Positions 50,137 to 61,240 of a DNA stretch of 64,000 nt are shown one piece after another (position 1 is the stretch's first letter; each line of letters opens with the position of its first letter). Position numbers and translations under genes: made by a program. The notes under the pieces were generated by a model that worked only from the letters and a program-made list of their open reading frames with translations, had not been told where the DNA came from and did not search any database. The stretch covers positions 14,136,001-14,200,000 of the forward strand of contig CM059427.1 in NCBI GenBank assembly GCA_030390025.1, read 5' to 3'. This DNA comes from Squalus acanthias (lineage: Eukaryota).

Positions 50137-51900
50137 GGAGCAATTTTTAACTTGTGCCTGATAATGGGAATATCAGCAACATCAGCCTAATAATGGGACA
50201 ATAGTGAGTGGGTAATGGTGTGTAACTGTGTCCCATCCAGTTTCCAGAAATTGCCCGATTTTTTGGCAGGGGATGGGGGAGAATTCCTGGCAGCCAGAGC
50301 TCCCAACTGAAACAAGCAGAAGCCTCATGAATGAATGCAAATAGGGGTTGTATTAAGACAGTAAAGTGATTTTTTTTTTACCTTACTGGCTGATCAATGT
50401 CATTTCCTGCACCTGCCCACAAACCCTGGGTGGTAAAAATCTTAGTTGCGGATTTTAAATGCTATTTAAAGGGATCCTCAGCTACTCTCAGATAAAGCTG
50501 TATGGAGCTTTTGGATACAGTTTCTTCAGTAGCTTGTGCGTAATTTGTCCTTAATGTTAGTAAAGGTTTTTTTATTTGCTATTTGCAGAGCAGGCTCGAG
50601 GGGCCGAATGGCCTACTCCTGCTCCTATCTTCTGTGTTTGAACTGTGAAGGGGCTTTTGACATTGCAGTTGTATCTTCGTGGGGGCACTTCTAGGAAACT
50701 CACTCTGGGAGGAGGAGAAGGAACGAGCAAGCAGAGCTGCAGCTGGAGGGAAAGCAAATAAAAGAATGCAGGCTTGGAGAAACCCTTACCCTCCCGACAG
50801 AGCTTATAGGCCCAGGAGAATATAACTGCTTTTCTTTGAAGAACAATGTACAAGAAGGCTTCAATTCTCCAGGGAGGCTGTGACAGAGTGGTGTCACATC
50901 CTGCAAGACCTATAGCCAACTGCCAGAGTGAGCATAGCAGTAAAGGTCATTGTGGCCTCTAACCTTGTCTCTAGCTCCTACTAGGTCACCACAAGGAATA
51001 TCAGCAACATCAGTCAATTTTCATGTTTGTATTAAACGGGTGACTGTTGCTCTGTTTGCTGGAGCAAGCATATTCATCAATACACGATGGGCATCTGAAA
51101 GGAGCAGGATGGGGCTCTGGGGTTTACACAGATTGCAGGATTCTCCCAAGTCAAGAGTGCCATTGACTGTACCAACATTAACTTACAGGCTCCTTTACAC
51201 ATTGCTGCTGCTTTCATGAATCATAAAAGATATAACTCTATAAACGTTCAACTAGTATGTGATGACCAGCAATGCATCATGAGATCTATGCCCACTTTCT
51301 TGGAAAATGCCATGTGCTTTTATATTGTAACAGTGAACCATGCCCTTACTGCTTGGCCCTGCACAGCAGTGCACAGCATGTTAAAGTCTAGTTCCTTTAA
51401 GGTAAGGGCTATCCCCTGTACACTTGGCTTATGAGACCTTTTAGGAACCCATGCTCTGCAGCAGAACGCCGCTACATCAGATCCATGGTTCAACTACAGC
51501 CCTTGTCAAGCAGTCCATTGGAGTCTTAAAACAACAAGTCAGAAGCTTGGACAGGTCTGGTGGCATTCTCCAATACACCCCAGGGAGAGTGTCCCATATG
51601 ATGGGTGCTACATAACTTTGCTCTGCATCAAGGACAGCACATGGAGCCACCACTAGAGGACGGTCTTCAGCATTATGAGGAAGAGGACACCAATGACACA
51701 GAGGATGGTGATGAAGTGGATGGGGTCCAGCAGTTACCTGCTACCAGAGCTGTTCAGCAGCAGCTTATTGAAGAAACTTTTAGCTGAACAATCCCTGCCC
51801 CCCCCACATTCACAGTCATGTCCAACTTCTGTCCCAATCCTCCTAATCTACAATTAGTCACATCTGCCTAACCACCAAAACTGCTCTTTATGTAACCTCC
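50137..51900 (+). mobile_element. Old Harbinger remnant with decayed transposase; contains a 55-bp CR1 tail at about 50585-50638
   Basis: TIR-like GGGAGCAATTTT; MNHKRYNSINVQLVCDD, LDRSGGILQYTPGRV, LHNFAL and an acidic tail. Confidence 0.75.
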
Positions 51901-51989
51901 AATTGCAAGAGCACCAGCCTCTACAGGAAAATCTGAAGCCTTTTAAATAGCAGTTGATTTTATTGACTTGCAGAAAGTTCTACACACTG

Positions 51990-52165
51990 TGGAAGTGAAA
52001 TTGGTCTTCGGTGAAAACGTTAAATGGGCAATAGTGAATCGGCCACCCGCTTTACACCTCACACGATTTGACTTCAATGGAAAAGAAAATCAGGCGAGGT
52101 GTAAAACGTGATGCAATTTGCTATCCCTTGTTTTGCGCTATCCTCGGTGACAAATTCCACCCTCT
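51990..52165. mobile_element. Short palindromic MITE (a related half-copy is at about 4365-4445)
   Basis: Imperfect fold-back: TGGAAGTGAAATTGGTC ... GACAAATTCCACCC, with inner TTTACACCTC/GAGGTGTAAA. Confidence 0.55.
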
Positions 52166-52249
52166 AGTTGCCATCCTGGTGAGTCTCTAGTTCCTGACTG
52201 AAGTGCTCTCTTACGTACTTTAGTGCTGCTACATGGAGCTTCCCAGTGA

Positions 52250-52575
52250 AAAGAAAGACTTGCCTTTATATAACGCCTTTCACAATCTCAGAACATCCCA
52301 AAGCACTTTACAGCCAATGAAGTACTGTTGAAGTGTAGTCGCTGTTGTAATGTAGGAAGCACAGCACCCAAATTAGGCACAGTGAGATCCCACAGACAGC
52401 AATGCGATAATGACCAGATAATCTATTTTGGTGGTGTTGGTTGAGGGATAAATATCGGTGAGGGCATCGGGGAGAACTCCCCTGCTCTTCTTTGAAATAA
52501 TGCCATGGGATCTTTTACATCCACCTGAGAGGGTAGATGGAAGCTCAGTTTAACGTCTCATTTGAAGGACAGTGG
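52250..52575 (-). mobile_element. Deu-domain SINE, 5'-truncated
   Basis: The reverse complement aligns along its length with 24425-24740. Confidence 0.8.
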
Positions 52576-52599
52576 CTACATGAAATACTTGTGATCAGC

Positions 52600-53070
52600 A
52601 GTCTCTAAGAGCTTAAGCCTGAGATGACGCAGATGCAGATTGCAACAACTCTGCATCTGTCGGGACAGTCTCGACCAGCTTGCTTTCTGGCACCAGGGCA
52701 GGTATTAATTCAGGGAAGGGGTCACAAGGGCACAGAGGTATTATCATGAGGAAAGATGGCATCATTTTACATTCCCATTGCATGACTTCCCCTGCTACTG
52801 GCCTGTGGCTCAATATGCAGATGTCGTCTAGAAGTTGAGTGTCACTTTCACTGAGTGCTGCTGGATTATGCTTCTTAGCTGCAGGTCCAGTTCCAGCACC
52901 TAACACAGTTCTGGGTACATATCGTTGTTGAGGTACAACCTTCTCGCGGAGGTGCAGGTAGATGTCATGTCAGTGGTACTCACATCTCATCAACAAGTAT
53001 TAAATGTCCTTCGCCCATGGCCTTGAAACTCCCACGCCATGGTCTCATGCTGTTCCAGCTCCTCCTCCTC
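52600..53070 (-). mobile_element. Old Harbinger transposase remnant
   Basis: Minus-strand YLHL...ELC*VLELDLQ and KVT-like remnants preceded by a GGA-rich leader. Confidence 0.45.
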
Positions 53071-53254
53071 CAAAATATCTAGAATTGAAATGTTTGCTAC
53101 AATACCCTGTTGCAGAATTTATCAAAAGTCTCATCTTTGACTATTTCTATGAACTCCTTCTTCTTCTTAGGCAGTCCCTCGGAACCGAGGATGACTTGCT
53201 TCCACATTAAAAATGAGTTTGCAGGGGACTGATGAGTCCAATGCGGGACCTACA

Positions 53255-54156
53255 GGGCTGGATTTTGTCTTGGGGTCGGGTTGGGGTCGTGTGATCCGCA
53301 TTTCGTGTTGCCCCCCCGACTCCAGATTAATGTGGATGAATGATGCAATTTTAACTTAATTGGGCAATTGAGTTCCAGCATGTGGGAACCCATGAACTAA
53401 TTAGTGGTTTGAGTCTGAAAGTCGCCTCTGATGATGTCATCATTGCAGAGACTGCCTGGTCTCAGAGATTGCCTGGCCTNNNNNNNNNNNNNNNNNNNNN
53501 NNNNNNNNNNNNNNNNNNNNNNNNNNNNNNNNNNNNNNNNNNNNNNNNNNNNNNNNNNNNNNNNNNNNNNNNNNNNNNNNNNNNNNNNNNNNNNNNNNNN
53601 NNNNNNNNNNNNNNNNNNNNNNNNNNNNNNNNNNNNNNNNNNNNNNNNNNNNNNNNNNNNNNNNNNNNNNNNNNNNNNNNNNNNNNNNNNNNNNNNNNNN
53701 NNNNNNNNNNNNNNNNNNNNNNNNTCACAGCAAGGCCAGGCAGTCTCTGAAGACGTTCAATGCAGCAGCATCAACTTTCAGACCTAATACTACTACTACC
53801 TTCATCACATCTCCGTTGTAATAGTGGACCTGCAGCAGATAGTCAGCTATCCACTTGTGCTCCCGCCAGGTTTCACTGGAGTGTTTCACATCAGGCGTAC
53901 TTCACGTCGGAAAAGGGTTAAACTAGCTAAAACGTTTCAAAATGGCATTACAGAGCCAATTTAGGGCTTGTTAAGGGCTTCAATGGCCTCTCCCGCCTCT
54001 TGGAGGCGGGACGGAGTCGGGAACCCCGCGACTGATTTTGTCAAAATTGCGTGGAGGCGGGATGGAGTCGGGATGGGGTCGGGACCCCCGAATCTGCAAC
54101 TTTAAACCCCCACACGCCTCCAAACCCGACTCCACGGGTCATTGAAAATCCAGCCC
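53255..54156. mobile_element. Harbinger MITE of the H1 TIR type, nested in the RTE
   Basis: Perfect 12-bp TIRs GGGCTGGATTTT / AAAATCCAGCCC, TSD ACA (53252-54, 54157-59); the RTE reading frame resumes after removal. Confidence 0.92.
53480..53724. other. Assembly gap (245 N)
   Basis: Run of N inside the MITE. Confidence 1.
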
Positions 54157-56070
54157 ACAGTCTCTGTCACAGGTGGGGCAGACGGTGGTTGAAGGGGCGG
54201 GTGCGTGGGGTGCTTGGGTTGATGTGCACTCTTTGCGCTGCCTGTGCTTGGCTTCCGCTTGCTCCCGGCAAAGAGACTCGAGGTGTTCGGCGCCTTCCCG
54301 GATGCTTCTCCTCCACTTTGTGTGGTCTTGGGCCAGGGATTCCCAGGTGTCGGTGGGGATGTTACACTTTTTCAAGGAGGCTTTGAGGGTATCCTTGAAG
54401 CGTTTCCTCTGCCCACCTGGGGCTCTCTTGCCGTGCCGGAGCTCCAAGTAGAGCGCTTGTTTTGGGAGTCTCGTATCGGGCATGCGGACAATGTGACCCA
54501 TCCATCGGAGCTGATCGAGCGTGGTCAAAGCTTCGATGCTGGGGATGTTGGCCTGAGCAAGAACACTGACGTTGGTGCGCCTATCCTGCCAATGGATTTG
54601 CAGGATCTTGCGGAGGCAGCGTTGGTGGTACCTCTCCAGTGCTTTGCGGTGCCTGCTGTACACGGTCCATGTCTCTGAGGCATACAGCAGGGTGGGTATC
54701 ACTGCTGCTCTGTAGACCATGAGCTTAGTGCCGGGTTTGATGTCCTGGTCTTCAAACACTCTCTTCCTCAGGCGACCAAAGGCTGCACTGGCACACTGAA
54801 GGCTGTGTTGGACTTCGTTGTCGACGTCCACCCTTGTTGACAGTAGGCTTCCGAGGTATGGAAAGTGGTCCACGTTGTGCAAGGCCTTGTCGTGGATTTT
54901 GATAATCGGGGAGCAGTACTGTGTGGCGGGGGCAGGTTGGTAGAGGACCTTTGTCTTACGGATGTTTAGTGTAAGGCCCATGCTCTCGTACGCTTCGGTG
55001 AAGGTGTTGACGATGGTTTGGTGTTCGACCTCCGAGTGAGCGCAGACGCAAGCGCCGTCTGCAGACTGTAATTCAACGACAGAGGATGGGACGACTTTGG
55101 ATCTGGACTGGAGGCGACGGAGGTTGAACAGTTTCCCGTTTGTTCTGTAAATTAGCTCCACTCCAGCGGGGAGCTTACTGAGGGTGAGATGGAGCATTGC
55201 AGCAAGGAAGATCGAGAAGAGCGTTGGTGCGATGACACAGCCTTGCTTGACCCCGGTTCGTACGTGAATTGGGTCTGTGGGGGAACCGTTGGTCAGGATC
55301 ACGGCTTGCATGTCGTCGTGAAGCAGGGGCACAATGGACATGATCTACACTGCACATCAATTACAAGAGAAATGCAGGGAACAGCACCAACCACTGTACA
55401 TGGCCTTCTTTGACCTCACAAAGGCCTTCGACACTGTCAGCCCTGAAGGATTATGGAGTGTCCTCCTCAAATTCGGCTGCCCTCAAAAGTTTGTCACCAT
55501 CCTCCGCCTGCTTTCTATGAACATCTCCTGTTCAGCTCACCCCTCAAACTCTGTTGCTTTAACCGCAGTTGTAATTATGCAAGATCAACCCAATGTGCAA
55601 ATTAAATAAATTTGCTGTTTCTCATTAATCCCTGTTATTCAGCAGTTAAACAAATAAAAGGTCAATAGTGTGTTAATGTGCATTACATCTGTTTTCGTCC
55701 CAGAAGGATTCTGGAATATGAGCTAAAGTTAGAACCTATTATACCATAGCACATGATTAGTGCATAAGCCAACACTCAACAACCTGCACTTACATAGTAT
55801 CTTTCATGTAAATGTTCCAGTGCACCTCACAAAGGACAAACACACACCAAGCACCAATTTGGGGGAGATAGCCAAATGCACAATGAGAGAGGTTTTTTTT
55901 AAAGTAGGGGAGAGAAGTAGCAAGTCAGAAGAGGGTTTAGGGAGGGAGTCTCAGACAGTAAGGCTGAAACGGCTTAAGACATGGAGCAAATTAAACCCGG
56001 CGTGGATTTAACCGCAATTTTCCATTTCTAATGGTGAGCATTCTGTTGGTAGCTCTAATTATTTTACTTT

Positions 56071-57404
56071 GGGCGCGATTTTCCCATTGAAGGTGGGTTG
56101 GAGGAGGTTTCGGTTTGGGTGGGTTCCAAACCCGCCTCCACTGAGATGTGGGAAAAATTTGCGATTTTCCCCTAATGGGCCAGTTGATTTCAGAGGTGTG
56201 GGTTCCGCTGGGCCAATTAGTCTTTTGGGACTGAAACTCGCCTCTGCTTCATTTAAGGGCTGCTTGCTGCCTTGGCTCATTCCACTGGTTTTTGGTCGAT
56301 GCGGCACCACCTCCAAGCTGTTATCTCCTTGAAGAATGGCCAGCTCCAAGGAAAGGGCCTCCCCGAAGTTCTCAGATGAGGTGCTGGGTATGCTGTTTGA
56401 GGGGGCGAGAGCTAGCAGGGAGGTGCTCTTCCCCTCATCTGGGAGGAAGACGCCTCCCAAAGAAACCAAGGCTGTGTGGGTCCACCTGGCAAGGGATATA
56501 ACCTCCAGATCTGTGTGCAGATTGGGTGATTGTTCCGGTTTATTGATGAAGTGCCATCCCTGTGGGAATGTATTAAAATTAGGTAATGGAAAACTGTTGG
56601 CATGATGGCATCTGTTATTTCGGCTTAGGCAGCTCCACATTGCAGGGCTCCGCTGACACTTGCGTGGTCAGGTTGGTGGTCAGAGTGAAAAGAGGCCAGA
56701 GAGTCATGTCCATTGTCTATCATGTGTTAAGAAGGAGCCAAGCACATGTGCCACAATGGGCAGCCTATGCAAATCTGGCCAGGATGAGTGCATTCCTTGC
56801 ATGACGTGCTTCCATGCGCTGGTACCTTCTGCCCTGTGCAGCATCAGGTGGGTGAGCAGGAGGTTGGCGCTCCTGCTGCTGTTGCTGCTGAGCTGCCTGG
56901 TTCTGCTGCTGCCGTGCCTGCTCCTTATCCGAATCTGAACTCCATGATGAAAGGAAATAAATGGTTCCCATGCTGCTGGCAGATACCTCCGTTGGGGAAG
57001 CTCTCAGTCCAAGCGGGGAGAGGGTCTTCCAAGGAGGTCCCACAATTGAGAGACAGAAGCTGCAGCACCTCCAACTTCGGTAGGCCTGCTACAAGTGCTG
57101 AAAGATCTTTGGAACAAAAGTTCTGCCACCTGCAACTGCTCCCTGATGAAAGCTCCGTTTTAATGGTGGAGCTGCAGCTGTGAGGAGGCCACCCACTTGT
57201 CAACCCACCAGGATTAGCTGGCGTGGTTTAGGAGGGTCGTGCAACATGCTGGAAATGTGGTAAAATAACGAAGGCCTGTCAAAATAGGATTATAGAGGCC
57301 CTTAACTACTATTTAAAGGTCTTAACTACCTCTCCCGACTGATGGAGGCGGGACCGAATCGCACCCATCAAACCCGCCTCCTCGGGGCAGGGAAAATCGT
57401 CCCC
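56071..57404 (-). mobile_element. Non-autonomous Harbinger H6 (1334 bp), multiple-deletion derivative
   Basis: TIRs GGGCGCGATTTTCCC / GGGAAAATCGTCCCC (13/15 match), TSD TTT; Myb start at 56336 (+), inter-gene spacer, and fused transposase N- and C-termini (-). Confidence 0.9.
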
Positions 57405-58020
57405 TTTGATTTTGTTGCTTGACAAACATCGCGATCCAGAATCTACCCCCATATTTTTGTATGGAATAAAGTAGATGGAATAAAGTGCAAAAAGAAAGCA
57501 TAAATGGAGATTGCAGCCAGAATTGTGGGAACACAGTGCAGGGAAGGGGAATCACTAATATTCTGAAAATTGTGCCTAAAATGTTTTTTTCTAACTGTCT
57601 TCCTGTGATTTACAGTCAATATTATTCTGCATTTACACTGTTGTAATGCTAGAGGTTGAGTATACGCTACATGTGACAGGCTTGTTTGTTGTTTTATCAC
57701 GACTTTCACAAGGAAGAAAAGATTTGCTGAAAGTGTCATAAAAAATTCAGTTTATTGCTAACAAGGTAGGATACTTATACTGGAATGGAGAATATCTTAG
57801 CAAACTGGAGGCTGAAGTAAGTGGCAGGTTGTCTTTCTGAACAGTGCCATTGAGAACAAACCACAGTACTGACCCACAGCAGCATAGTGTTGCTCACATT
57901 ACAAACTTAAATGAGTTGAACTGACCTTAACTGAACAGCAAGACTCTATGCTGCTGAAATAGAGACAAAAATGAGAAGTCGCACAACACCAGGTTATAGT
58001 CCAACAGATTTATTTAATTT

Positions 58021-58057
58021 TACAAGCTTTCGGAGCGGTTCGCTCCTTCCTCAGGTA
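58021..58057 (-). ncRNA. Minimal type I hammerhead ribozyme (family B variant)
   Basis: Minus strand reads TAC-CTGAGGA-A-GGAGCG(AAC)CGCTCC-GAAA-GC-TT-GTA. Confidence 0.78.
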
Positions 58058-58098
58058 GGGTAGCAGTGAGAGAATCTCCCAGAATTCACAATATAAAC

Positions 58099-59575
58099 CA
58101 TGGATTGGAGGGTAGCTAACGTTACCCCACTATTCAAAAAGGGGGGTAGGGAAAAAGCAGGTAATTACAGACCTGTAAGCCTTACATCAGTTGTGGGCAA
58201 AATGCTGGAGTCCATCATTAAGGATGAAATAGCGGAGCACTTAGCAAATGGGGACAGGATAGGACAGAGTCAACATGGATTTACAAAGGGTAAATCGTGC
58301 TTGACTAATCTATTGGAATTTTTTGAGGGAGTAACTGGTAAAATAGATGGGGGAGAGCCAGTAGATGTGGTGTACCTGGACTTCCAAAAGGCCTTCGATA
58401 AGGTCCCACATAAAAGATTAGCAGGGAAAATTGAAGCTCATGGGATAAAGGGGAAAGTATTGACGTGGATAGAGAACTGGCTGTCAGATAGAAAACAGAG
58501 AGTTGGAATAAACGGCTCATTTTCTGAATGGCAGGCAGTAACAAGTGGGGTACCACAGGGATCTGTCCTGGGTCCCCAGCTGTTCACAATTTACATTAAT
58601 GACCTGGATCAGGGAGTCGGATGCAGCATTTCCAAATTTGCAGACGACACTAAACTAGGAGGGGGGGTGGGCTCAGAGGAGGAGACCAGGAAGCTCCAGA
58701 GCGATTTGGACAGACTGGGTGATTGGGCGGATAAATGGCAGATGCACTATAATGTGGACAAGTGCGAAGTTATCCACCTTGGGTGCAGGAACGGGAGGGC
58801 AAATTATTATTTAAATGGCAATAAATTGGGAGAGGGGGAAGTACAGAGAGACCTGGGTGTTCTTGTACACCAGTCACTGAAGGCGAGCATGCAGGTGCAA
58901 CAGGCGATCAAGAAGGCAAACGGTATGCTGGCCTTCATAGCAAAAGGGTTGGAATACAGGAACAGGGATACCTTGCTGCAGCTGTACAGGGCACTGGTGA
59001 GACCACACCTCGAGTACTGTGTACAGTTTTGGTCGCCTCATCTGAGGAAAGATGTTCTTGCCATGGAGGGGGTGCAGCGGCGATTCACCAGGCTGATACC
59101 AGGAATGGCGGGATTGACCTATGAGGAGAGACTATGTAGTTTAGGGATGTACACACTGGAGTTTAGAAGATTGAGAGGGGACCTCATAGAAGTGTATAAA
59201 ATTCTGACAGGTCTAGACAGACTAGATGCAGAAGGAATGTTTCCCTTGGCGGGTGAGAACAGAACTAGAGGACATAATTTAAGGATAAGGGCTAAACCAT
59301 TTAGGACAGAAATGAGGGGGAATTTCTTCACTCAGAGGGTGGTGAACCTGTGGAACTCATTGCCACAGAGGGCAGTGTACGCCAGCTCATTAAATATATT
59401 TAAGAGGGAATTAGATGTATTTCTACAGGCAAAAGGGGTTAAGGGTTACGGAGAGAAGGTGGGGACGGGATACTGAATTGGAGGATCAGCCATGATCTCA
59501 TTAAATGGCGGAGCAGGCTCGAAGGGCCGGATGGCCGACTCCTGCTCCTATCTTCTATGTATCTATGTATCTATG
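58099..59575 (+). mobile_element. CR1 LINE, 5'-truncated, with an uninterrupted 458-aa RT/C-terminal ORF (58100-59476)
   Basis: All RT motifs are in one frame (NYRPVSL, YLDFQKAFD, GVPQGSVLGP, FADDTK); (TATCTATG)n tail; TSD TAAAC (58094-98, 59576-80). Confidence 0.97.
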
Positions 59576-60819
59576 TAAACACAGAGAAAATCTATTCAAA
59601 TCTTTCCCTACATCAAAGACACACTAAGAGCACAGCCAAGACAATGAGATGTGTCCCAGGGGGTCCAACGTGTCAAAACACCTGCTGGCTGCATATCCTG
59701 TCAATTTGTGTTGGTTCTTGTGTTAGTCTTTTTTTAAAAAAACACCTGGAAAGACCGGCCGTGATGTCAAGTCACGTTCTGTATCGTGACATGAACCCGA
59801 TATCGCGATTGAGGCCATCCTCATGAGTGCGGAACTTGGCTATCAGTTTCTGCTCTATGATTTTGCGCTGTCGTGTATCCCGAAGGCCGCCTTGGAGAAC
59901 GCTTACCCGCAGATCCGAGGCTGAATGCCCCTGGCTGCTGAAGTGTTCCCCGACTGGGAGGCAACCCTCCTGCCTGGCGATTGTTGCGCGGTGTCCGTTC
60001 ATACGTTGTCTCAGTGTCTGCATGGTCTCGCCGATGTACCATGCTCATTTTTGCTCATTTTTGTCCACCCCAGTCCAACGCCGGCATCTCCACATCATGA
60101 CCGAAATAGAGACAAGTAGTGGGCACTGCATCTTCTTTCCAGGCCCTGACTCTGTTATGGGTGATTAGGAATCAATCTCAGGATGCATCTGGTACACCTT
60201 ATTTGCATTTGGAAACTGTTTTAAACCATCCTTTTATCCATTCAAAGTCTTTGATTCCTGGTAGCTCTACAGAGCTGGTTAGTTGTGTGCATCAACCAAA
60301 AGTGATCTTTGAGCAAGGTATAAAGTTTCAAGAAGCAGGCCCACAGTAATTCCAAGGCTTTCCAATTAATTGGAGAACATGATGTTGGTCTTCTTCTGCT
60401 ATTAATACAGAAAATGAAGGGGGTCAAGATTCAATCTGGATTCATTTCTGAATGAGTGAACAAGGAAACAGAGATAGCTTATTACCTTTAGATATTGGAA
60501 AAATGGATTTTATTTCTTCCCCAGTTTTAAGTTCTGACTGAGATTTCCTCTCCACTTATATAATTGCCTGAATGTTGTGACCAAACATTGGTTCAATATT
60601 TGTTCTTCAGGTGGCCATTGGAGAGCTATAAATATAGTCAGTTCCATTTATAATGACAACATTTAAAACAAAAAACACTGCCTCTTTTTCAATGGGAAAA
60701 CTATTTTTTGAAACAGTTTAAATCGAAAAAAAATTCTAAGTGGAACCAGCTTAGTAGCCATTGTTACACTTCATTTACACTTCGTACTTCTCTCTCCAAG
60801 ATCTCCCTGTAGTGCTCTC

Positions 60820-60945
60820 CCTACATTATAACGTACCGACATTACAACAGTGACTACACTTCAAAAGTACTTCATTAACTGTGAAGCGCATTGGGATGTC
60901 CTGAGATTGTGAAAGGCGCTATATAAATGTAAGTCTTTCTCTTTC
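60820..60945 (+). mobile_element. Deu-SINE 3' tail fragment
   Basis: Matches 24630-24738 (ACATTACAACAGTGACTACACTTCAAAAGTACTTCATT...). Confidence 0.8.
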
Positions 60946-61240
60946 CCTGAAGTCTTTCCAAGGTCCTGCTACTGTTGGGCTGCTGAGATCAGTGCTGTGG
61001 TGCTGCTGCCTTTACAGAATCTGCCATTTTTAATACACTCTGTGCTGGTTAGGAGAGCATTTGTTGAACGCAACACTAATCAACGTGTACACTGCTCACC
61101 AGCACAGAAGCACATTTAAATAGGCATACTCTGTAACATTAGCAACTCCACTGCGTGCATTTCAATCGACTTTACAATCAGCAGGTTCCTGTACAAGGCT
61201 CCCCTATGCAAACTGATATATCAGAGAACCACTTAAATCA

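Larger units (their letters stand above)
53155..55511 (-). mobile_element. RTE-clade LINE, 5'-truncated, with a 5' inversion
   Basis: ORF 54139-55341 (GVKQGCVIAPTLF, FPYLGS, YRAAVIPTLLYASETW, QLRWMGHIVRM); (AAG)n tail at 53155-69; inverted upstream RT piece at about 55329-55511; 11-bp TSD TTTCTATGAAC (53144-54, 55512-22). YADD is degraded to SADG. Confidence 0.95.
57969..60102 (-). mobile_element. Penelope-like element family B, 5'-truncated, split by a CR1
   Basis: GIY-YIG C-terminal part (WYIGETMQTLRQRMNGHR...GLNRD, 60045-59772); terminal repeat with hammerhead at 58057-57969; inverted tail at 60046-60102; 13-bp TSD GAAATAGAGACAA (57956-68, 60103-15). Confidence 0.92.

Noticed and set aside
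53229-53250. CTGATGA-GTCC...GGAC hammerhead-like start
   Set aside because: No GAAA follows, even after removing the nested MITE, and it is antisense to RTE coding sequence.
53382-53787. ORFs spanning the N run
   Set aside because: They are open only because of the undefined bases.
55983-57450. Possible older MITE (CAT flanks) hosting H6
   Set aside because: The putative TIRs match at only about 7 of 10 positions, which is too weak to call.
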